Positions 26,337-39,933 are shown, numbered from the stretch's first letter. The stretch is 64,000 bases of DNA from Eledone cirrhosa (GCA_964016885.1 OZ024748.1:43028001-43092000); one strand, 5' to 3'. Notes: generated by a model from the letters alone, not told the origin. Numbers and translations: made by a program.

Positions 26337-27071
26337 TATATATATATAATGTTATATATATATATATATATAATGTTATATATATAATATATATATATAA
26401 TGTTATATATATAGTTTAGCAAATCAATATAGACATGCTAGAGTGTAGGTAATATGTATTGGAGTGATTCCATTCCTATGTTGGCAAGTAGATACATGCA
26501 AATGAATGATTAAAATAAGAAATTATACGTACTTATATATATATACATCTGTGTACATCTGTGTATCAAAATGATGAAAATCTTCACAGTATTGGCTTAG
26601 ACTTTTGTCAGTATTGATTTGTTAAACATTTTCCTTTCAAGATTCAATAACAATTAGAAGTGTGAAGAGCAAATAGATAAAAATAGATAAAAATATACTT
26701 AATTTTTTCTTCAAAGTCCCGACTGTGCAATTTCACTGGTGTGCTGCCAGGGTGTAACTAACGTGCACTGGGACCGTGAGGTTATAAGCTTATCAAGAGA
26801 CCAATTCCTGAACTGACTGCTACTGGTTAAACATTTGAGGGAGGGAGAATTATCATATGGTATAACGGTCACAGAAGGGTGATAAAGAGTGGATGGTTGG
26901 CGAGTAATACATTTGCTAGAAATTGCAGTCAGTTTCCACCTAGTTTTTACTCAACTGTATGGGAGTTAGGACAAATTAATAAGATATATATACCTATAGA
27001 TACATAAGTATAAACACATATATGTGTGGTGTCCTTCCTTTACTATACATATATATATATATATATATATA

Positions 27072-27400
27072 GCACATGGCTTAGTGGTTAGAGCATTGGC
27101 CTTGCAATCGAAAGGTTGTGAGTTCAATTCTCAGACCGGGTGATGTGTTGTTTCCTTGAGCAAAACATTTTATTTCACATTGCTCCAGTTTACTCAGCTG
27201 TAGAAATGAGATGATAGGGACTGGGGTCCCTATCATTCCACTGCAAAGTGGTCGTGGAGGTGCCGCGGCAAAAAAGCACCCAGCACTCCCTGTAAATGAG
27301 GTTGGTGTTAGGAAGGGCATCCAGCTGTAGAAATCAAGCCAGAATCAGTTCCCGTCCCACCCTTGCAAGCAGGGAAAAGGCGGGCGTAAAATGATGATGA
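27072..27400 (+). mobile_element. tRNA-derived CORE-type SINE
   Basis: Near-identical to 3514-3896 and 58773-59116. Confidence 0.85.
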
Positions 27401-27429
27401 TATATATAATATATATATATATATATATT

Positions 27430-27815
27430 ATATAGTTGTGTATAATGGTAGATATGGTGCTTCCATAGGAGGTATGCCAAAATTAGCACTCAATATTCAG
27501 CAGAGTAGAGTGTAAATAGTATAAAGAAAACGAAAAATCAGTGATGCATCTGGACTTAATTTATTGCATGTTACAATTGTTTCGCCGGCAGGTAGCTCGA
27601 GACATGGTCCCTGTATGGTAGTTCATTCGGAGAAAATTTTATCAGTGATAAAATTTGCACCGAACAAACTACCCGTGCCTGAAAGAACCTGCAGCCGCAG
27701 AATCAGCCAGATCCATACAGGGACCATGTCTCGAGCTACCTGCCGGCGAAACAATTATAACACGCAATAAATTAAGTCCAGATGCATCACTGATTTTTCG
27801 TTTTCTTTATTCTAT
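27430..27815. mobile_element. Palindromic Penelope-like element (arms 27521-27618 / 27713-27810)
   Basis: ~98-bp inverted repeat between TA tracts; degenerate hammerhead (ctgaaaga ... GAAACAATTRTA). Confidence 0.55.
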
Positions 27816-27877
27816 ATATTATATATTTATATATATACGATATTAACAAATGGAAACTATATTTATAAAACCATATT

Positions 27878-27942
27878 TATTTCATTATACATATTTCAAG
27901 GATACCAAGTTAAATTATGGTGTGCTTTCATCAGATAAAATG
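27878..27942 (-). ncRNA. Antisense hammerhead motif, left arm of the 27838-28147 palindrome
   Basis: Reverse complement: cattttat-CTGATGA-aagcacaccat...tggtatcctt-GAAA-tatgta-TA-atgaaata. Confidence 0.7.
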
Positions 27943-28042
27943 TAATATAGATCAGTTTTATAAGCTCTCGGGAGCTTCCAACAGTAATGGTTGCATTTTT
28001 TAAGGGTATGTCAATATTTATTTATAAAACTGATCTATATTA

Positions 28043-28107
28043 TATTTTATCTGATGAAAGCACACCATAATTTAACTTGGTGTCCTTGAAATATTTATAA
28101 TGAAATA
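28043..28107 (+). ncRNA. Type I minimal hammerhead motif, second family
   Basis: tattttat-CTGATGA-aagcacacca..tggtgtcctt-GAAA-t attt a-TA-atgaaata; 8-bp stem I, ~9-bp stem II, minimal stem III. Confidence 0.75.
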
Positions 28108-28933
28108 AATATGGTTTTATAAATATAGTTTCCATTTGTTAATATCGTATTTTTACTCCAAATATTTGTTGAGTGCTTTATATCAGTTATAAAAATATTT
28201 GCTTGCTGTATCCCAACAATTTAAATAGAACTTTTACATATATATATATATAGACTGAATACCCCTGTTATAATGAGTGGGGTACTCAGCAGATACTAGG
28301 GTAATCAAGAAGTCCAGGTGAGACAATATCATTATGTCAGTGTCTTAAATACACTTGCTATAATTGGTGAAGTACTCAATACGCACAAGGAAGATCCTCT
28401 AAACTCTATGGACTACTCTTATAGAAAAGAATTAAAACATTAAAACCATATAGATTGTTGGTAGTTTATATTGCAGACAGCTTGATTAGTCTGATGTGAA
28501 TAATTGTTCTAATTAAGGTTAAATGATTGATAATCTCCACCTCCTCCTCATTAGCAATTAACAATCAGTCCTTAACACTAATCATCACATACAAGTAATA
28601 ACAGTTAGCATGTATCACTTGATAAAAGCCTGGTTTAATATAATTCATCACAGCAATATAGTTATAAGGTCAGTTGTAAAGATATAACTAGTTATATTTC
28701 TTGTTTATTTACGTCTACTAACACTGTGAAAACTGATAGTTTTGTCTAGTATATTTAACGAGCTCTACATTTGTGTGCTCATACTTATATACACATGTAC
28801 ACATAGTCTTATATACCACTTTCTCCTTGCTAGCATGGGTTGAATGGGTGTTTGTTCTCAGAGGAAATGTTTTCGTTTGGATGAATGAATTCCTTTCCCA
28901 GCATGAACTATTCCACCTATTGTGGACCAGTAT

Positions 28934-29132
28934 CTATAAAACAGTTATCAATACCTTTAAAACAGTTATCAATACTTATAAAACAGTTATCAATACCTAG
29001 AAAACAGTCATCAGTATTTATAAAAGAATTATCAATATCTATAAAACTGTTAGCAAAACCTATAAAACTGTTATCAATACATATAAAACAGCTATCGATA
29101 CCTCTAAAACAGTTATCAACACCTATAAAACA
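28934..29132. repeat. 21-bp diverged minisatellite
   Basis: tataaaacagttatcaatacc. Confidence 0.85.
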
Positions 29133-29353
29133 GACTAAGTCATACAAACCAACGTGTCTTTAACAAATGCAAACAACTAAGATTTGAACCTTTGTCCTAT
29201 GAATCTAGTTTCTAATTTGTCAAAATATCAAAATAAATCTTCATGGCAGTTATAAATTATAACTTTTATCATGTGACTTTCAATGTTCTTTTAAAGCTTA
29301 TTTCTGTATTCTTTTGTTGATTCAATGTTTCATAAAACTTTATTTTTTTTACA

Positions 29354-29478
<125 letters not shown>

Positions 29479-29904
29479 TATATATTTCTCAATTTTTATT
29501 TTTTTATTTCAAAGAACACAGCATGGTGTTGCTTCATTCAATATTTTTCAACATTTTTTAAATGAAAACTTTAAATGAATTTGTTTTGTGTTCAGCAATC
29601 TGACATTTAAACTTGTGGCACCTCTGCACCGAATCAAACATGAATAATTAAATTGAAAACTGAAAAATAAAAAATAAAATAATGTACCAGTTTGTTTATT
29701 AATTTGCATATTTTGGTCCCCCTCCCCCACACATGCACTGGAAGACTGCAATGTTTTACATTGAAAAAAGCTTTTAGTTGTCTTTAGTTTATTTGGTTGG
29801 TTTGTTTTTGGCTTTATTCAGATTTTGATTTCTATGTATATCACTTGATCACCTTACTCAGTTTGATTGTGAAATGTATATCTTTGTTGGTAGATCCCTT
29901 CTCT

Positions 29905-31170
29905 GGACAGTGGCTCCCTGTTGACAGATCTATTGTCTCTATCAAGGACAGTAGGTCCCTATTGGTAGATCTATCATCTATATCAAGGACAATGTGTCTC
30001 TGTTACTAGATCTATTGTCTATATGAAAGACAGTAGGTCCCTGTTGGTAGATCTATTGTCTCTATCAAGAACAGTAGGTCCCTGTTGGTAGATCTATTGT
30101 TTCTATCAAGGACAGTAGGTCCCTGTTGGTAGATCTATTGTTTCTATCAAGGACAGTAGGTCCCTGTTGGTAGATCTATTGTTTCTATCAAGGACAGTAG
30201 GTCCCTGTTGGTAGATCTATTGTTTCTATCAAGGACTGTAGGTCCCTATTGGTAGATCTATTTTCTCTATATGACACAGTGGTCCCTGTTGTTAGTCTCT
30301 ATTGTCTCTATCAAGGACAGTAGGTCCCTATTGGTAGATCTATTGTCTCTATCAAGGACAGTAGGTCCCTATTGGTAGATCTATTGTCTCTATATGAAAG
30401 ACAGTGGGTCCCTGTTGTTAGATCTGTTGTCTATATCAAGGACAGTAGGTCCCTATTGTTAGATCTATTGTCTCTATATGACACACAGTAGGTCTTTATT
30501 GGTAGATCTATTGTCTCTATATGACAGACAGTGGGTCCCTGTTGGTAGATCTATTGTTTCTATCAAGGACAGTAGGTCCCTGTTGGTAGATCTATTGTTT
30601 CTATCAAGGACAGTAGGTCCCTGTTGGTAGATCTATTGTTTCTATCAAGGACTGTAGGTCCCTATTGGTAGATCTATTTTCTCTATATGACACAGTGGTC
30701 CCTGTTGTTAGATCTATTGTCTCTATCAAGGACAGTAGGTCCCTATTGGTAGATCTATTGTCTCTATCAAGGACAGTAGGTCCCTATTGGTAGATCTATT
30801 GTCTCTATATGAAAGACAGTGGGTCCCTGTTGTTAGATCTGTTGTCTATATCAAGGACAGTAGGTCCCTATTGTTAGATCTATTGTCTCTATATGACACA
30901 CAGTAGGTCTTTATTGGTAGATCTATTGTCTCTATATGACAGACAGTGGGTCCCTGTTGGTAGATCTATTGTCTCTATCAAGGACAGTAGGTCTCTGTTG
31001 GTAGATCTATTGTCTATATCAAGGACAGTGGTCCCTGTTGTTAGATCTATTGTCTCTATATGACACAGTGGTCCCTATTGGTAGATCTATTGTCTCTATA
31101 TGACAGACAGTGGGTCCCTGTTGTTAGATCTATTGTCTCTACAAGGACTGTAGGTCCCTGTTGCTAGATC
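29905..31170. repeat. ~41-bp minisatellite, ~30 copies
   Basis: ggacagtaggtccctgttggtagatctattgtctctatcaa. Confidence 0.92.
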
Positions 31171-31236
31171 CAATGCCTGTGATAAGTACATATTGTTATC
31201 ATATAATAATGCCAGTGTATTGTTTGGTCTTTACAG

Positions 31237-31340
31237 GATATTTATGAAATAATTCGAAGCTTATCCAGCAGCTCTCATACCGAACGTAAAGAAGGCCTTT
31301 ATGGATTGAAGAATGTTTTATTGGGTGCACGTGTTCTTAA
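31237..31340 (+). CDS. CLASP: CLASP coding exon, start of TOG3
   Basis: ttacag|...|gtaagt; DIYEIIRSLSSSSHTERKEGLYGLKNVLLGARVL; ends phase 2. Confidence 0.95.
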
Positions 31341-31493
31341 GTAAGTACACTTAAATGAAACATGTTTAAATGAAGTGTGCTTAATTGAAATATGTTTACA
31401 TGAAGTGTGTTTAAATGTAACATGTTTAAATGTAACATGTTTACACAGTGTGTTTAAATATAACATGTTTAAATATATTTTCCAATGTTTCAG

Positions 31494-31557
31494 TCGAGTG
31501 GAATTACGGAAGGTGACAGAGATATTTACACGCATGTTCCATGATCCAAGCAACAAA
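31494..31557 (+). CDS. CLASP: CLASP coding exon (TOG3)
   Basis: tttcag|...|gtaagt; (N)RVELRKVTEIFTRMFHDPSNK (cf. RVELKRLCEIFTRMFADP). Confidence 0.96.
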
Positions 31558-32101
31558 GTAAGTTACTACAACTAGAACACTGCTACCACTACTACTACCA
31601 CTACCACTACTACCTCTACTACTACTAAGTTACAGTAAAAATAATAATTTTACCAGTGTTATAGAATATAATCTCCAAGTTGTTCTGTTTGACTTAATTT
31701 CACTTAATTTGTTTTATATTCCCTTAAGAAAGAAATGACTACCACAAACTCCTTAATTTTTCAATCCTTTATAAACTTAGTCTTGTAATTGTGAAAGAAA
31801 TTGTCACTATTTTGACAATTGCTCTGATTTGTATTGTTTTATTCAGAGAAATATTTTGGAAATTCAATGTCAGAATAGCTGTTGAAACAGTGAAATGCTG
31901 TCAATGACTGCAAAGTGAAAATATCTCTCAGGACTTACTGGCGCCAAAGTTGCTTCGTCCTCGAGGACGCACCCTAATTTTGACAACCAAAAATACGAGC
32001 AAAATATAATAAACAACCTTCGGTCTCCAGAATGCATGGTAGATTTTTGAGACTTATTTTAGGAAAAAAGTAGCGTCTTCGACACCGAGAAATACGGTAC
32101 C

Positions 32102-32530
32102 TGACAGCAAGCAAGTCCAGTAAAAATATATCTCAGTACTTGCTGTCATTGACAACAAACAAGTCCAGTAAAAATATCTCTCAGGACTTGCTGTCATTGA
32201 CAACAAGCAAGTCCAGTAAAAATATATCTCAGTACTTGCTGTCATTGACAACAAGCAAGTCCAGTAAAAATATATCTCAGGACTTGCTGTCATTGACAAC
32301 AAGCAAGTCAAGTAAAAATATCTCTCAGGACTTGCTGTCATTGACAACAAGCAAGTCCAGTAAAAAATATCTCTCAGGACTTGCTGTCATTGACAACAAG
32401 CAAGTCCAGTAAAAAATATCTCTCAGGACTTGCTGTCATTGACAACAAGCAAGTCCAGTAAAAATATATCTCAGTACTTGCTGTCATTGACAACAAGCAA
32501 GTCAAGTAAAAAATCTCTCTCAGGACTTAC
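32102..32530. repeat. 48-bp minisatellite, ~9 copies
   Basis: aagcaagtccagtaaaaatatctctcaggacttgctgtcattgacaac. Confidence 0.9.
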
Positions 32531-32786
32531 ATGACGTATGTGATCGTATGTAAGTCCTTTGAGGTATTTTTACCTGACTTACTTGCTGTAATGACGGCAA
32601 GTAAGACAGGTAAAAATATCTCTCAGAACAGAAATCAGTATTTTTACTCAACTTACCTGCTCTTGTCTTTAACAACATTTGGCTGTTTTAAGAGATATTC
32701 TTGCCTGGGAGTTTCAGATCCACTCAACACTTTATCTCAATATTCCAGACAATGTTTATATATTCATTTTCTATTTTCTTCCACAG

Positions 32787-32950
32787 GTTCTCAGCATATT
32801 TCTCGATATTCTTGTACTACTAATTACTGTACATACACATGAATTGAATGACTGGCTTAACATATTGCTGACCAAACTTCTCAATAGAACCGGCACTGAT
32901 TGTCTTGGATCAATTCAAACTAAAATACAAAAAGCGTTAGAAACTGTCAG
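32787..32950 (+). CDS. CLASP: CLASP coding exon (TOG3)
   Basis: ccacag|...|gtaagt; VLSIFLDILVLLITVHTHELNDWLNILLTKLLNRTGTDCLGSIQTKIQKALETV(R). Confidence 0.96.
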
Positions 32951-33384
32951 GTAAGTGTTGATTTAATTAGTGATACTTCAGGTTGTGGTGTTGTATGTAG
33001 GTATTGCTTAGTATAATTGTATTCATCATCGTTTAACATCTATCTTCCATGCTTTATTGTCGACATTCACTTAGGGTGTGTTTAGGGCTAAGCTACACAT
33101 TTAACCCTTTACCATTTACATAACTCTATTATTATATTTTCACATTAAAAGCTTTATCTCACATAATATCTCTCATAATATCAAATCTATGAGATTTTGA
33201 TATTATTTGATAATATTTTCAAATGGCAATACTTCCGGTTAGCGCCCGGGTGGTTTTTCTGTTAGTATGTGTAGTGTGCATATTGATATAATACACAAAT
33301 AAAGAGAGACTGTGTTACACTGTCTTCTGTAACCAGTAAAGTAATCCATGATACATTTAAAAAAAAGATATTATATATATGTGA

Positions 33385-33543
33385 AGACCACGAAAAACAT
33401 GGGCGGAGGTGGTGAGAGCAGATCGCTGAAGCTCACGGAGGAGATGACGAAGGACCGTGACAAGTGGAGAGATGTTGTGCTGAATAGGACCCATCCCACC
33501 CTTGCAAGCAGGGGAAAGCGGGCGTAAAATGATGATGTTGATG
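33385..33543 (+). mobile_element. RTE LINE 3' fragment nested in a Helitron-like element
   Basis: RPRKTWAEVVRAD..DRDKWR-type sequence, tail ggcgtaaaatgatgatg. Confidence 0.65.
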
Positions 33544-33938
33544 AAGCTGCATTACGGTGAAATGTAATGAAAACAAAAAAGGAGAAAATCAGTGACGGAA
33601 ATATAAACCTTACATAACGATGCAAATATACGAATGTTTGTATAAGCGATGTAATTTAGCATATGTTATATATATTATGATATAACAGATGCTAACTGGA
33701 AGTGTAGACATTTGAAAATTTTTAAAGAAGTGAATCTTAAAATAAACAATATAAGAATATTTATGTTTAATCAACAGCTACGAAATTTAGTAGATAAATT
33801 ACATAATATTCATTCATGATTTATTGATAGTATTTTAATAATGTGTTCAGAAAAAATATCCCTGACACAGTCTTGCAGTCCTCCAATCCTTATACATTAG
33901 ATTGCTGAATAATAATTCTATTATTCTTTATTTTTCAG

Positions 33939-34017
33939 GGAATGTTTTCCTTGTAGCCTGCAATTTAGTATAGCTACAAGGTTTTGTATTGACCAAACAC
34001 AATCACCAAATCTTAAG
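33939..34017 (+). CDS. CLASP: CLASP coding exon (TOG3)
   Basis: tttcag|...|gtaccg; (R)ECFPCSLQFSIATRFCIDQTQSPNLK (cf. DQTQTPNLK). Confidence 0.95.
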
Positions 34018-34232
34018 GTACCGATATATATATATATATATATTTCTAATTATTGTCTCTATATCATAATTTCTGGTTTCTCTCTTCAATATGTTTGTGT
34101 GTGTGCGTGTGTGCATATGTATGTGTGTGTGTGTGTTTATATATATATTTCCTATTACCCACTCTACTACCCTAAGTATTGAGTACTTTGGTGCGTTATG
34201 GTCCACCTGGTTCCTTACCACATTTCCTTTGT

Positions 34233-34289
<57 letters not shown>

Positions 34290-34579
34290 CAGTTACTTCA
34301 ACAGCCATAAATAATTATATTAAAACTCATCCTACAGACTCTATCTTGGATCATCATCATCATTATCATTTTACATCTGCTTTTCCTTACTGGATATTTC
34401 TACCAAATTATTACCACTATATTATATCATCATCATCATTGTTTAATGTCCATTTTTCCATGCTAGCATGGGTTAGACAGGTTGTCCTGTTGTGGGATGT
34501 CAGATCAGGTGACCATATCTTGCTCATACAGAACTGATTGTGGCTTGGTTTTTCTGGTTGGATGTCCTTCCTAACGCCA

Positions 34580-35877
34580 ACCACTTTTCAGTGTGGACTG
34601 GGTACTTTTTATTGTGTCACTTATACAACCACTTTACAGTGTGGACTGGGTACTTTTTATTGTCACCTACACAACCACTTTTCAGTGTGGACTGGGTACT
34701 TTTTATTGTGTCACTTATACAACCACTTTACAGTGTGGACTGGGTACTTTTTATTGTCACTTACACAACCACTTTACAGTGTTGACTGGGTACTTTTTAT
34801 TATCACCTACACAACCACTTTACAGTGTGGACTGGGTACTTTTTATTGTGTCACTTATACAACCACTTTACAGTGTGGACTGGGTACTTTTTATTGTCAC
34901 CTACACAACCACTTTACAGTGTGAACTGGGTACTTTTTATTGTCACCTACACAACCACTTTACAGTGTGGACTGGGTACTTTTTATTGTCACCTACACAA
35001 CCACTTTACAGTGTGAACTGGGTACTTTTTATTGTCACCTACACAACCACTTTACAGTGTGGACTGGAGTGGGGGAGGTGAAATACTCTGAAATTCGCTT
35101 TTACTTTTAAGTCAGTATTTGGCTATTAAATCTCTGGAGTTATATTGGTCTAAGGTATTCTTTATATCATCATCATCATCATCATCATCATCGTCTTCAT
35201 ATGGTTTGAAACAGGACTAGTTGGAGAACTTTGTCTTGTTTGTATGTTTTGTTTTCGGCATGGTTTCTCTGACTAGGTACCCTTACTGATACCAACCACT
35301 TTACAGAGTGTACCTGGTGCTTTTTATTGTGGCTCCGGCATTAACATTTTACAGAGTGAACTGGGTACATCTTATCATGGCACCAGCACTACTGCTTTAC
35401 AGAGTGAACTGGGTGCATTATATCATGGCACCAGCATTACTGCTTTACAGAGTGTACTTGGTGCTTTTTATTGTGGCTCCGGCATTAACATTTTACAGAG
35501 TGAACTGGGTGCTTTTTATTGTGGCACCAGCACTACTGCTTTACAGAGTGTACTGGGTGCTTTTTATTGTGGCACCAGCACTACTGCTTTACAGAGTGTA
35601 CTGGGTGCTTTTTATTGTGGCACCAGCACTAACATTTTACAGAGTGTACTGGGTGCATTTTATCATGGCACCAGCACTACTGCTTTACAGAGTGTACTGG
35701 GTGTATTTTATCCTGGCACCAGCACTAATATTTTACAGAGTGTACTGGGTGCATTTTATCATGGTACCAGCACTACTACTTTAGAGTGTACTGGGTGCAT
35801 TTTATCCTGGTACCAACACTACCGCTTTACAGAGTGTACTGGGTGCATTTTATCCTGGTACCAGCACTACCGCTTTA

Positions 35878-35880
<3 letters not shown>
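34580..35880. repeat. Two SINE/LINE-tail-derived minisatellites (46-48 bp at 34580-35067; 48 bp at 35297-35880)
   Basis: Units accactttacagtgtggactgggtactttttattgtcacctacaca and tttacagagtgtactgggtgctttttattgtggcaccagcactactgc. Confidence 0.88.
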
Positions 35881-35910
<30 letters not shown>

Positions 35911-36546
35911 TGACTTCTGATATTTGCAATATTGAGAAGGAGAACTTTGTCTATTTCTCTCTCTTCTTTCTGGAACTGCCTTACAGGCTACATAATGTGT
36001 ATGTAACATGTTTTTATATGTATGTTTATACATACACACACACATATTTATATATATGTGTGTGTGTGTGTGTATATATAAACATCCAGGTATACATACA
36101 CATGGCTTATTATACAGCACTGCACACAGAAAACATACAAGATAACCTCCTCTCTGCTTCCATTGCATGCTTATCTATTTTCTTTGTTTTTCTTATGTCT
36201 GTCATTTACCCTGGACTTCAGCCAAAGGTAACTTTTCTTATGGTTCCAATATTCTTTATATTCACTGCTTCTACTGCTTCTTGCATACCTCACAGCTAGC
36301 TGGTGATGGTCATGGTTGTCATGGTGCTGGTGATGGTCATGGTTGTCATGGTGCTGGTGGTCACCTTCTCAATTTCCTCTGCTAATAACTCCAAGCAGTG
36401 CCAACTCCACATTAATTCTACAGCTAGTATAGTAGTACTAAATACCTAGTGTAGCTCTTACTAATTATTCACTCTTTTTAATTTGCACCTCTTGTATTTT
36501 CTTTTACTTCAGCATACTCTGTGTCACACCTGAACACAGTGTTCCC

Positions 36547-36782
36547 TTAACCCTTTAGCATTTACATTACTCCATACTATTATATATACTATTGTATTTC
36601 CAAGGTAAAGGCTTTACTTCACATAATTATCTCACATAATATCAAATCTATGAGATTTTGGTGATATTTATTTTGAGAACAATAACTTAACATCAGTATG
36701 AGTGGCCGATTACAGCTGGTTTGAATAGAAAGAGGTGAGAGAATTCTGGCCGGATATGGCCGGTTTAAATGCTAAAGGGTTA
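36547..36782 (+). mobile_element. piggyBac-type MITE, family A
   Basis: ttaaccctttagcattta...taaatgctaaagggtta. Confidence 0.8.
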
Positions 36783-39103
36783 TTCAACATTTTAAACCCT
36801 ATTTTGACTTTTATATCCTAGTTAGGAACTAATTTTATTTTATTATGTTTTGGCCGTTATTGTCAACTACGGGTTTCTGGGTCTATCTGAAGCTGAGAGC
36901 TGATAAATAAAACTGCTAGAAAAATGTTTGTGTTGTGTGTTTCTGATATAGAATAGGTACACTGATGATGGTGATGATGATGTACTTCTGTGGTTCAGAG
37001 AAAGGGGGGAGGAAGTCAATTGACAGAATCCCAGACCTCATTCACTTACCAAGTGAATCGGACTGAGGAAACAATGTTTCCATTGGTCTTTCCATTGCTG
37101 ATATTATCTACCGGTCGCAACTCCAGGCAAAAGGAGCAACGTGAAATAAAGTGCCTTGCTCAAGGACATAATGCAATGCTCGGTCCAGGAATCGAACTCA
37201 TAGCTTCACAATTGCAAGTCCACTTCTCTAACCATGTGCCTTCACTGTGTGTCATAAGAGAGGCTAAAAGAATGCCCTTGTTATCACCAACCACTTTATT
37301 ACTCTGGATAACAATCTGGGTTGTGAGGTAGAGTTGGGGGCTTTCATTGGTGGTGAAAATGTCAAGGACCACTGATGTCAGGTGACGTCAGGGACCTCTG
37401 ATGTTAGAGGTATGTTGGTTTATTTCAGATTTAAAACATTCCACAACTATCAACTAGTTGTACATTTGAACATGTTTGTAAAGAAATATTTAAATGGAAC
37501 CAAAACGAGGGTGGAGAAAAGGACTGAGAGAATTACACAAGGAAAGAAAGGGAGAGGGCGGGGCAGATTCTACAGCCCAGTCTGACCTGTGGTGATTTGG
37601 CTGTGCCCCACAGACAGAATGGTGAAGGTGTTGCTATGGAGAATAGATAATGACACCTTCTGCAACAGCCACCCCACCTCATGGAGCTCCTTCCTCAGGT
37701 GAGATGCTGTGTTTCTGACTTGCTGAAGAAATCAGCAGTGTGGGGACTGAACTAAGGACACCAGATGTCTCACTGGTGGTTGGTGCGAAAAGGAAGCAGT
37801 CGGTCAAGCCCCAGTATTTATCTTCCGCTTCCCTACATTGAGCATTGAGGGTGACAGTGTCCTAGTTTGCAGCCAAAACAACAAAGTTAGAGGCAGAGAA
37901 CAAGTCACAACAAATTAATCTTTGAAATTTCTTTTACTCTCCTATTTCTTTCTTTCTTTATTTATTTAGTAATTTTCATAAAATTGTACCTTTTTTGTTG
38001 TTTTTTCCAGATATTTTTGTTATTTGTCCATAAGTTAGTATTCTCTTTTACCAGAAGCTCATTACTATCTTTTAAAAAAAGAAACACAAAAGATAATGTA
38101 GTCCCGGGTACATTGTGTCTTTAACTGAGGATGTGCTCCAATACAAACAATCTCACACAATATTTACTATCTTGTTAGTTTTTTTACATTAATAGAAATC
38201 TCTTTCTCTAATAATTAGTCCCTTGTATACTATATATATTATAGGTCAGTAGTATGTCTCTAATAGTTAGTCCCTACTATACTCTATGTAGTATTGGTCA
38301 GTATACTGCATGAAACATCATTAACAAGACATCCTTGAAAAGTACAAATCAGCACTATGATTGCATCACATTAAAAAAATTTTTCTGCAAATTTTTACAT
38401 CGCTCTGTCCATAAGAAAAGATACTATAAACATTTGAATTAACAAACTTGTTTTTAGATATTTTCTGCTAAAACCATTGCAGAATGTTAAAAGTTAAACA
38501 AACCTAATTCTATTCACTCTTGCACCCAGTCTATCTTAAAACATCATCTCATTGTCTTTAATTCAGCATGTGATATTTTTTATAAAATATATTATTTCAC
38601 TTTTTCATATTTAGAGACACTGATTAGTTCTGAAACTGCTGTCAGTCCTCCATAACAGCTTTTTAACAGCAAACCACAGATATCTAGTTTAAAATAGCTC
38701 CACAACACTTTAGACAACACTAAATTTTATAACCCTAGCTAGCATGGCATTTATATATCATTTTCTATTGCAAAAATTTCTAGTTTTAAAAATATATTTC
38801 AAAATTAATGTTTTATATAAATTAAAGTGGATCACAACTTGTTAAACATCGTTAAATTTTATAAGCCTAGCTAGCATTGCATTCATGTAATACCATCTTT
38901 ATTGTAAGATTTCTAGTTTTAAAGATATATTTCAGAGTTAAAGTTTCATATAAATTAATTAATATAAATTAACGAGCTAATTCTTTAAATTTTACAAATG
39001 TTTTTCCTTTCTTTACAATACAAAATATATTATCATAGATGATATCATTATTATTTAAGTATGCAGGCATTGCAGGTGCTGTTCGAACTGAGCACCTTGT
39101 AGA

Positions 39104-39299
39104 AACAGAAGTTGTACCAGTCATCATTGGGGCACTAGACATGGTCCCTAAAGACAGAAGTTGTACCAGTCATCATTGGCGCACCAGACATGGTCCCTAA
39201 AGACAGAAGTTGTACCAGTCATCATTGGCGCACCAGACATGGTCCCTAAAGACAGAAGTTGTACCAGTCATCATTGAGGCACTAGACATGGGCCCTAAA
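39104..39299. repeat. ~49-bp tandem repeat (4 copies) inside an R4/RLE-like LINE 3' fragment
   Basis: acagaagttgtaccagtcatcattggcgcaccagacatggtccctaaag (EVVPVIIGA). Confidence 0.75.
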
Positions 39300-39933
39300 T
39301 GCTTTACATCTTTTATCAAAATCCTTGGGACCCCACCTTTATAGGCAATGCCCATATTTCTACCATCACTGGCACTGCCAGAACCCTACATGATATATTA
39401 AACCTCTGAGATCAGGGACTGATCTGAGGCCAATTAATACACTTCACCTGGCAACCTATTGCTAGAGAAACCTTTCAAAAGAGGATTAAAATAATATTAT
39501 TATTGTTGTTATTATTTATAAAGGTGGTTTGGCCTTGTACCTAAATGAGAAACCATTATTTCTAAAGGTGGTGGTCTGGCAGAATTGTTAGAGATTTGGA
39601 TAAAATACTTTTCAGGATTGTTTTTCCTGCTCTATATATTCTCGCTTCAAACCCTGCCAAGATCAACTTCTGGGTTCTCTAAAATAAAATACCAACAAAA
39701 TACTGGGCTCAATATAATCGACTTACCCCCCTCCCTCAATTGCTAACCTTGTGACAATGTTAGGAAGGATTCTTTCTCAACTGTAAATGTCTTGTTGTTT
39801 TGGAGTTAGGTATTTAGTTATCTATCTATCTATCTATCTATATAGCTATCTATCATATATATATATATAGTGTTCCCCTTTTTCCAGTCTCTTCTACTGT
39901 GTTCTAATAACATCATTGGTTTGGTATTTCTAG

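Larger units (their letters stand above)
27838..28235 (+). mobile_element. Palindromic Penelope-like element (arms ~27838-27963 / 28022-28147)
   Basis: ~125-bp inverted repeat plus tail in (TA)n; same family recurs at 50789-51120. Confidence 0.6.

Noticed and set aside
29905-31170. CRISPR-like regular repeats (also 24128, 32102, 60683)
   Set aside because: Head-to-tail units with no unique spacers, no cas genes and a eukaryotic intronic context
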